From Octopus sinensis (taxonomy: Eukaryota): a stretch of DNA of 64,000 bases. The position numbers were made by a program, and so were the translations under genes. Shown here piece by piece: positions 55,139 through 64,000 of the stretch (its first letter is position 1; each line of letters opens with the position of its first letter). Where the stretch lies: contig NC_042997.1 of assembly GCF_006345805.1 (NCBI RefSeq), positions 188,666,001-188,730,000 on the forward strand, read 5' to 3'. The notes under the pieces are model-generated. The model saw nothing but the letters and a program-made list of their open reading frames with translations. It ran no database searches and was not told the DNA's origin.

Positions 55139-55301
55139 TACACTCACGGAGTGGTTGGCGTTAGGAAGGGCATCCAACTGTAGAAACATTGCCAGATAAG
55201 ACTGGAGCTTGGTGCAGCCTTCTGGCTTCCCAGATCCCCGGTTGAACCGTCCAACCCATGCTAGCATGGAGAACGGACGTTAAACGATGATGATGATGAT
55301 G

Positions 55302-55340
<39 letters not shown>

Positions 55341-56224
55341 GTGGGTGTGTGTGCACACGCACATGCATGCATGTGTCAAATTAGCTTTATAATTTGAAAA
55401 CAAAAATTCCTGATAGAAGAGTTTAAAATCTAAAAACAGTATGCAAGGGAGACAACTTCAACAATATCAGCTAATTAAAATTTGGAATATAAAGACAATG
55501 CAGTTAGTTAAAGAGTAAACTTTGCTTATAATGCTAACTGCTGAAAACACCAGAATAGCAATGCAAATTTTACCTCAACTATTTTATACAGAAATAGAAC
55601 CAGAGAAATAGTGACAGAGCCTCTGTGTGTGTGTGTCTGTTCATCTCACCTCTTAGCTTGGGGTGCTACCTGGACAGCTCATCACCACTATTTATCACTG
55701 GGGATTCCACTGATTCATTCTTACTCTCTCTCTCCTAAATGCAAGTATCCATGCTGTTCCCCTGCTGTAGTCCAACCTCTTCTCTCATACCGTAATCCCC
55801 ATCTAACGCTCCCTCCCAGAATTTTGTAGGCTTGTGAGCTGCTTTCAACCACAATAGTGCCAGTGACACAAAAAATGCACCAAGTACACACTGTAAAAGT
55901 GGTTGGCATTTGAAAGGGCATCCAGCCTAGAAACCAAGCCAAGGGCATCCAGCCCATGGAAACCAAGCCAAAGCAGACACTAGAGCATAATGTGGTCCTT
56001 GGACCCACCAGATCCTTGTCAAGCATCCCAACTCAAGCCAGCACACAAGATGGTCATTAAATGATGATGATGATATATACAGACATCTCTCTCTTCCTCT
56101 CTCTCACACACATACAGATGCCAGCATGGCTGAGTATAGTGGTACTTTATATAGATGAAAGCAAGCTTTTGTGTAAGTTCAGGAATGGCTGTATATGGAA
56201 ACAGCTATGTTATATCCAGTGTGT

Positions 56225-56283
<59 letters not shown>

Positions 56284-56671
56284 ATGCATGCACACACGTA
56301 CATGAATATATGTGCATATATATATATACACACACACACATGTTGTGCATAGACACATATGTACCTACACACACACAAAGGATCTTCATAAGTCCGGGTT
56401 GGGCATATATTTACATATGAAATGTTCTCAGAATGTGGACGAGGTTTGATCTATGAAAGACCAGCAATTGCCCGATTACCCCCCCCCCCAGCCCTTCCTT
56501 CCAATCCACTGCACTGGAATGGGTATTTTATTTCACCCCTGGAAAGGATGAAAGGCAAAGTTCCTCCCAGAAGGATTTGAATTCAGGAGCTGCAGCAAAT
56601 TCTGTAAATTATTTTGCTTGATTCTGTAAAATTTCTGACAACAATCCACCATCATTAAATACACATGCACG

Positions 56672-56714
<43 letters not shown>

Positions 56715-57879
56715 ATATCAATATTATAAAACATAAAGTCACATGACTCTTTTTTGTTTGCTAGTTTCCTCTTTCTGTCATGCAGCAGAATTGTGGAAGC
56801 AGAAAGCAGTGGCTGTGCTGAGAGAAGTGGAAGAGAGAGAAGAAGAAGCATCATAAAGAGAGATGGATTAGAGAGATAACTCTATCAGCGGGAGAGAGAG
56901 AGAGAGAGACAAGGTGCAAAATAAAGAGTGAGTAAAATAGCGAGCAGTCAGTCAAGGAACCAGATAGGCAGCCAGGTGAGCAGACAGTAAAATATAGGGA
57001 AGGATGGAAAAAAAAAATACAGCAATAGGGAAGAGATACAAAGAAGTGGGGATAGAATGTTACAATAGAAAGAAGTTTAAGAGGGAACATGGAAAAGTGA
57101 AAGTGATACAAAGAGTGTGCAGGTGACAGAGAATTACATACACATTTATCAAGAGAGAAAGATAGATAGAGTGACAGAGAGAGAGACAGTGTGAGAGAGA
57201 GAGGGTGAAATTCATGTATGATATCCAAGTGGGAGGAGGCAGTAGAAAATGAAGAGGAGTGGAAGTTTTTTCTTTCTTCTTTTTATTTAACAGAAGGGGG
57301 GTGGATGGGGGGCAGAGATATAAAGAGGAAGATAATAAATAAGCAAATATATGAGTCACTGATCAGAGAGAAAAATGAAGGAGAGTAAAGAGGGGGTTAG
57401 GGTTTCAAATGTAATGCAGGTAATTGCAAGTCAGATGAAGAAATTCTCAGCCGTACAGAGAGGAACTGCTTGACTTCAGAATGCAGGAAGAAGACAAAGA
57501 TTATCCATTCAATTTCTTGATATGAATTGGAAAGAAGTCATGTTGCAAAACAACAACAACAACAACAAAGAAACAAGCAAGACTCGAAGTAAAAATAAAC
57601 AAAAAAAGACAATAACCGAAAGAAGCAAAAGCAAAGTGAGTGAAGAAAACAGAGCAAGACTTGAAACACAAAGATTAAGAATTCCTAAAAGGAAACAAAT
57701 AAACCCTGTCATTTTTGATGGGTTTAGGTACACACACACACACACACACACAGGTACTTCTACACTTATCATATAATACATATGTGCAGATTATATAATT
57801 ATATAATGTACACATTATGTGTAAAATATATGCATATACATTTATAAATGTATAGTAATAATAATAATCCTTTCTACTA

Positions 57880-58080
57880 TATGCACAAGGCCTGGATTTT
57901 TGTGGGGAGGGGAACAATTCACATCAACCCCAGTACTTGACTGGTAATTACTTTATAAACCCTGAGAGAATGAAAGGCAATGTTGACCTTGGTGGAATTT
58001 GAACTCAGAATGTAGAGACAGACAAAATAATGCTAAGCATTTCACCTGGCATGCTAATGATTCTGCCAGCTCGCCGCCAA
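57880..58080 (-). mobile_element. Degraded SINE family B
   Basis: Reverse complement carries ggcgagctggcagaatc...gagttcaaattcc. Confidence 0.75.
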
Positions 58081-58324
58081 AGCCACCACCACCATCATGT
58101 AATGTCCGCCTTCCATGCTAGTATGGGTGGGATGGTTTTACAAGAGCCACTCAGGCAGAAGCCTTCACCAGACGACTGTGATTTTTACAGCTGAATGCCC
58201 TTCCTAACACCAACCACTCAGCAGAGTGTGGACTTAGTGCTTTTTACATGGCACAAGCACAGGCAGCAGTAGTAGTAGTAGTAGTAGTAGTAGTCATGGA
58301 GGGAATTTATAAATATTCTAACTA

Positions 58325-58680
58325 CACACATTTGGCTGCAGCCATGCTGGGGCACTGCCTTGAAGAGTTTTAAGTTGAATAAATCATCCCTAGGACTTAT
58401 TTTTTAGGTCAGATATTTATTCTACCGTACTCTTTTGCTAAACCACTAAGTTACAGGGATGTAAACACACTAACACTGGCTGTCAATCAGTGGTGGGAGA
58501 CATACTCAGACGCAAAAGTATGTATGTGCCTCTGTGTATGTGTGTGTGTGTGTGTGTGACAGGCTTCTTTCAGTTTCTATCTACTGGATCCACTCACATG
58601 GCTTTGGTCAGCCTGAGGCTATAGTAGAAAACTCTTGCCCAAGGTGTCACATAGTGGGACTGAACTTGGAACCGTGTGCG
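58325..58680 (-). mobile_element. Degraded SINE family A
   Basis: Head and tail similar to 3661-4141. Confidence 0.75.
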
Positions 58681-59489
58681 CGTATGTGGCCAATTCAAAT
58701 AAACAAATAAAAACGGACAACACGAAGACATGCATAAGGAATGTACTAGCTTGATGCTCGAGGCACAGACATCGCTATGTGGTTCAAAGAGCTTGCTTCC
58801 TAACTAAATGGTCTTGGGTTGAGTGTCACTATATGGCATGAGGAAATGTCAATGTCAGGAAAATCCAAGCCCTGTGAGTTGATTTGATAAGCGAAAATTG
58901 AGAGAAACATGTTTAGGCATGTGTGTGTGTGCTTGCACATATGTCTCCTTGTCTTGACATTGTGTGATAGTTCTAAGTGACTGTTAGCAGATTTGGTAAG
59001 GGGTCACTCACATGTATGAGCATATATGCATTTGTGTCTCCCTGTCTGGACATGTGCTAACTGTAAGCAAATGACACCATCATATAAGTAGTCATTGTGC
59101 TATTTACATGTGAAAGTGTTAACTTGCATGGTGACAGGTAAGGATTACCAACAGGAAGAGCATCCAGTAGAAAATCTGCTATAATGATTCGCATCAACCT
59201 GGTGCAAGCTTTAAAAAGCAGATGGTCACGCACACACACTTGTATACATACATACATTGTATACATATATATACAAGTCGTATGTTTATATCATTCGTTC
59301 AGCGTCTGCTTTCCATGCAAGCATGGGTTGGACAGTTCAAATGGGGTCTGGGAAGCCAGAAGGCTGCACCAGGCCCAGTCTGATCTGGCAATGTTTCTAC
59401 GGCTGGATGCCCTTCCTAACTCCAACCACTCCGTATACGAATATATATATGTATATATCTATGTCTATCTGTCTATCTATCTATATATA

Positions 59490-60384
59490 CAGGGTGCAGT
59501 GAATATATTGTCATCTAAATTATGCAAAAATGAAAGTAATATTGACATCTCATTTTAACAGATATATTTACCAAAATTACGTAAAAATATCTTCAAATAC
59601 TAAAGGGTAAATTTATTCAATAAAATTGCCATCAGCTTCAACCAAGGCCCTCAGATGACTTCAGAATCTCCTGCCACTTTTCTGGACAGTCCCCTTGTTT
59701 AAGTTGGTGAATGCTACCATTCATTATCCTTGACTTCAGTTCATCTTTTGTGTTACAAGGAGTTTTGTTGGTCTCTCACTCAACTACACCCCACACATAA
59801 CAAGCAAGGAGGTGGCAGTCTGGGGAGTTAGGTGGCCAGATGTTAGGGGTCATGTGGTTGCACAAATTGTCTGACAGCCACGACTGGATTCTCCTGTGTA
59901 TGTGGCATGGTGCAGAGTCCTGCTGCCAGACATAGGGTCTTCCAGCAGTCACCTTCTTGATCCAAGGCAGCACTACCTCCTCCAGGCAATTGATGTAGGC
60001 CTTCATGTTGAGTCTGAGGCTATGTGGGAAGATGAATGGGGGCATAATGTCGCCATCACTAGTGATCACTCCAAACACCATGATGTTGACTGGATGTTTG
60101 ATTTTTATCACTCTCGGTACATGTTTTGGGGACATGGCAAGCCAACAGTTGTTCTATGTGTTCACCATCAGTTCATATTTGGGGGCTTCCGGCACGAATG
60201 CCAAGCAGTACAGCATTTTTGTTTCCAAATTCTTGTCAGAGTGAATTGCGTCATGGTGCTGTTTTTCTCGCTGATGGTGCCCAACTGACCCTACTAGACT
60301 GTATAGTCTACAAAATCAAAAACAAACAATACACATGCATGAAATTAAAAATATAAAAGGTGACAATTAACCCATTGCACCCTA
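59490..60384 (-). mobile_element. Internally deleted Tc1/mariner element, DD37D (maT) type
   Basis: TIRs CAGGGTGCAGTGAATATATTGTCATC / GGTGACAATTAACCCATTGCACCCTA with TA on the left. ORF 59776-60135 has WQQDSAPCH and WPPNSPD; 37 residues separate the second D from the third catalytic position, which is Ala here. Confidence 0.9.
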
Positions 60385-60951
60385 TGTGTATTTCAAAAAT
60401 TTAAACAACAAACGAACATTTTTACAAAAACACAACAAAGAAAATTCTTAGCTAATTCCTCATCAGTCAATGTCCAAAGATCATTACAATTTTGCGCCTT
60501 TGACATTGATATTGTTGACTTTTGGTGGCGCCAGTGGTGAAAAGCCACTGGGAGTAGCTAAGGAACATACAGGACAATGACGAAAACAAACACAACAAAA
60601 GAAGCCATGCAGCTGCAATCATCATCCTTCAAAATTTGTTTTCCATACTGGCATGAGTTGGATGGTTTGACCAGAACTGGCAAGCAGGGGAGGTTCCAGT
60701 CTGATATATATAAAGTGTGTGTGTAGGTACATATTTACAATATACATAAAGCATATACATGTATGTGTAAATATAAACACAAGGTGATTTACAAGTATTT
60801 TGACGTTTAAATGATAAGATTGTTGTTACTTAGTAATAATTCTGCTTTCATATAGACCAGCCGTTCTAAAATCCTTGAGCTATGCCAGTTGGTGAGGAGG
60901 GGGTGGCTTAATAAATGTGGTGGAGAAGTAGGATAAAGGTTTGGTGAGATG

Positions 60952-60996
<45 letters not shown>

Positions 60997-61095
60997 CATG
61001 TCATACAATACATTAAGAAGCACAAGTGACCTCTGTTATTAGGTAGTTTATATCAATGTTAAAGGATCTTTTGAAACACACAGACAGACAGACAG

Positions 61096-61126
<31 letters not shown>

Positions 61127-61252
61127 GTGTGAGAATGTGTGTTTTTGTCTATGTATGACTATATTTTGAATATAAGCTTCATGGATTTAACAACATTTGT
61201 AATCTTACAATTTTCTTCTGTCTCTCTGAAATTCAAACACTTAGTTTTTGGA

Positions 61253-61312
<60 letters not shown>

Positions 61313-63350
61313 GAGAGAGAGCGTGTGCATAATATATGTAATGTATGGATATATAAAGCATAATACCCAAACACAAGAATATTTTTATGCACAAACAGTT
61401 TGTCTCGGAAATTCTTAAAAAGTTAATGCAGTTACACAATTTGTAATGCCTACCATGCTGTGCAAAGTAAAAAGATGTGAACGCTTCTTGTTGCTTTGTT
61501 ATTCTCTTTGCAAACAAGGAAGTAAGGATATTGCTCTAACATGTTTTATGGCCACACCTCAGGACAAGCAACCTCATTTTACAACCAATGAAGGAAACTT
61601 CATAAGATTTGCTATGTAAATATGTTACAACCCTGTACTTAACTGAAATGGTTAGACTAATTTGCATATGATGCATTAGTTGGCAGTAGAGCTAAATACT
61701 TTAATAGTTTTATGCACAGTGTGCATTAGAAAATCTAAGATAAATTTCATGTAATTAGCCTAGTTTGTAATGCCTACACTATGAAAATGTTTAATGTATA
61801 CTATAAAAATAACCTTTTAATCACACCTGTACTAAACATTTCTCAGCCACATATGCAATTAATAAATCAACCAAGATTCCATATTTGAAATTTTTATCTA
61901 CCTACTTGTATTTTATATAGATTATAATTTTTTTCTGGCCCTTTCTATTCGTATTTTATTTCTTTTTCCCCCATCACTATACTCTATCTACCAACTAACT
62001 TTGCTCCATCTTCTCACATTTTTACTTCTGTTTATACAACAAATGCCAGTTCTTAAGAATTCGTTAAGCAAAACTTTGTGATACTTTGAAGTTTCTGAAT
62101 AAATTTAAGTCTACTTATTAAGTTCTTTGTTCAGTTAATGTTACATTGTTTTTTATGTAATTAAAAACCCCTTTATTAATAAAGTAGCTACCTTTCTTTG
62201 ACAGAGCACATTTTCAATATATTCTAAAACAAAAGATCAAAAGGTACAACAACAAATACCCTTTCTGATGAAAAACAGCCTGGTACATTCACAAAAAGTT
62301 TATCTTAAATGTTTGTTTACTACAGAAAACTGAAAGTTTCATCAAAAGGATTAAGCAGAGAAACTACTTCTTTAAAAAAAATCATTTGAAAACAAATATG
62401 GCCTCAAAATAATAAAATGCCATCCACTTAATATTCTACTAGAACCATTTCAGAACCATCTTTTTCTTATGATCAAGAACATTAAATTCAGAAGAAACAT
62501 CAACCTTTCCCAAAATGAACTTCAGAATCAGATTAATAAGTTAAAAACTAACAACAACATGTTTGTTAACTGCAACAAAACAAACGAAAAAAAAAATTCA
62601 ATGAACAAACCTACCATCATTTTCTGTCCAATTCCATTAGAATATTATAAAAGAAAATATTTTAAAAACTATGTTATTTTAAATGCTGTTTCTACTAGTA
62701 TTAAGAAATATTGTTACTGAATTATATCGACACAGAAGATAGAACTGATATATTTGTTACAATGGAACCCAATTTTACTTACAAAATATTATTTTAAAAA
62801 TGTATTTGAATTCATTATCTCTAAAATTAAATACTAATTACAATTACTGTTTTTGTAACTATAATTACAGTTCTATTATGTAAAGATTCACTCAATCCAA
62901 AATCAAAATTATTGCCAGTTCTTCCAGTATGACATTTGTGATTACTAACTTATGACAACTGAAATGATTCTTAGAGCTGCCCCCAACTTTTAAATATAAA
63001 TATACATCCACTTGTAAATCCATAACCATTCCCTACAAAATTATACAATTTTTCTACCTCTATTTTTTTCTTTTTTAAATTCTATTCTCATGTTACTTTT
63101 TTTTATACATTTTCATTTGAGTGTGTTTGTGTGTGTGTGAGAGAAAGAGAAAGAGAGAGAGAGAGGTGGGGGCACATACACACTCATGTGCAAAAAATTT
63201 ACAGGATGTTTATGTGTTTACAGCTATATGCATTTATGCATATGTGCGAATGTGCATTTATGTTTATATACGTATATATAAACTGAATGAGAAGTGAAAG
63301 GAAAGGAGAATACTGCAAACAGAAAAGTGTGAAGGAAACAAATAGCTCAC

Positions 63351-63390
63351 TGCAAGATTCGAGAACTTAACTGTTTACATCAACAAGTCT
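63351..63390 (-). other. Weak candidate 40-nt leader exon
   Basis: Strong acceptor ttttctctttttgtttgttaatttag|AGACTT and moderate donor TTGCA|gtgagc; contains ATG TAA. Confidence 0.3.
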
Positions 63391-63827
63391 CTAAATTAAC
63401 AAACAAAAAGAGAAAAACCTACTGATTTGATGTTATCCATGATCAATAAAGATGCTTGAAGAAACCAAACAAAGTCAGTTTTTAGACACTGGATGTCCTA
63501 TTATATTGCATTTCAATTACCATTTGCCAACAGATGGGAGGTATCAATTGAGATGAAAATACACAAAGTGGATTACCTCTCTCCATAAATATCAACAGAC
63601 TATAGAAAAACATTTGATAACAGGATACTATCTTTCCATGGAAAAGGAATAATGAATTTAGAAAGTACTAGCTATGACTTTGTGACAGACTACCCAAAAT
63701 TTACAGGAACTGCTATAGGCAAACACTCACAGGTAAACTCAGCAGTAAGTTAAAAAGCTTTGTTATTATATTGCATGATATAAGATTAACTCTAAGTTTA
63801 CACTAAAACCAAAAACTGTGGGTTTAA

Positions 63828-64000
63828 CCCTTTAGTGTTTAAACTGGCCATATCAGACCAAAATTATCTTCCTGTTTTATGCCCAAACCAGCCAGCTTTG
63901 ACCTCTCACACCTACCCTACAAAGTCATTTTAAAAATAAACAGGGGCATCATCAAAATCTCAGAGTTACAAGATACTGTACAATTAATTTTAAACAATGT
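63828..64000. mobile_element. TTAA MITE type 2, truncated by window end
   Basis: TTAA|CCCTTTAGTGTTTAAACTGGCCATATC; matches other type 2 copies. Confidence 0.85.

Noticed and set aside
61655-61680. Octamer-like ATTTGCAT motif
   Set aside because: A single 8-mer in AT-rich DNA is not evidence of a regulatory site.
62469-62720. 83-aa Asn/Lys-rich ORF
   Set aside because: Compositional product of A-rich sequence; no splice signals or motifs.

Overview
AT-rich, microsatellite-dense eukaryotic DNA. The SINE families and repeat landscape point to an octopod cephalopod (inference from recognised repeats, not a database result). The only convincing host coding sequence is a minus-strand exon at 4288-4459 ending in [21 protein letters not shown], which matches the N-terminus of ZMIZ1/Zimp10 (human [20 protein letters not shown], from memory). 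The next coding exon lies left of base 1. The rest of the window appears to be this gene's long 5' intronic region, with several candidate non-coding leader exons (24739-24957, 27451-27575, 35835-35860, plus weaker ones) rich in upstream AUGs. One predicted spliced uORF is in frame with ZMIZ and separated from it by a single TAA. The introns hold tRNA-derived SINEs, RTE-type LINE remnants, an internally deleted DD37D (maT) Tc1/mariner, MITEs with TTAA, TA and 9-bp target duplications (some nested), and several local fold-back or inverted duplications. No true tRNA, rRNA or CRISPR array was seen. All exon calls rest on splice signals read by eye, with no transcript evidence.
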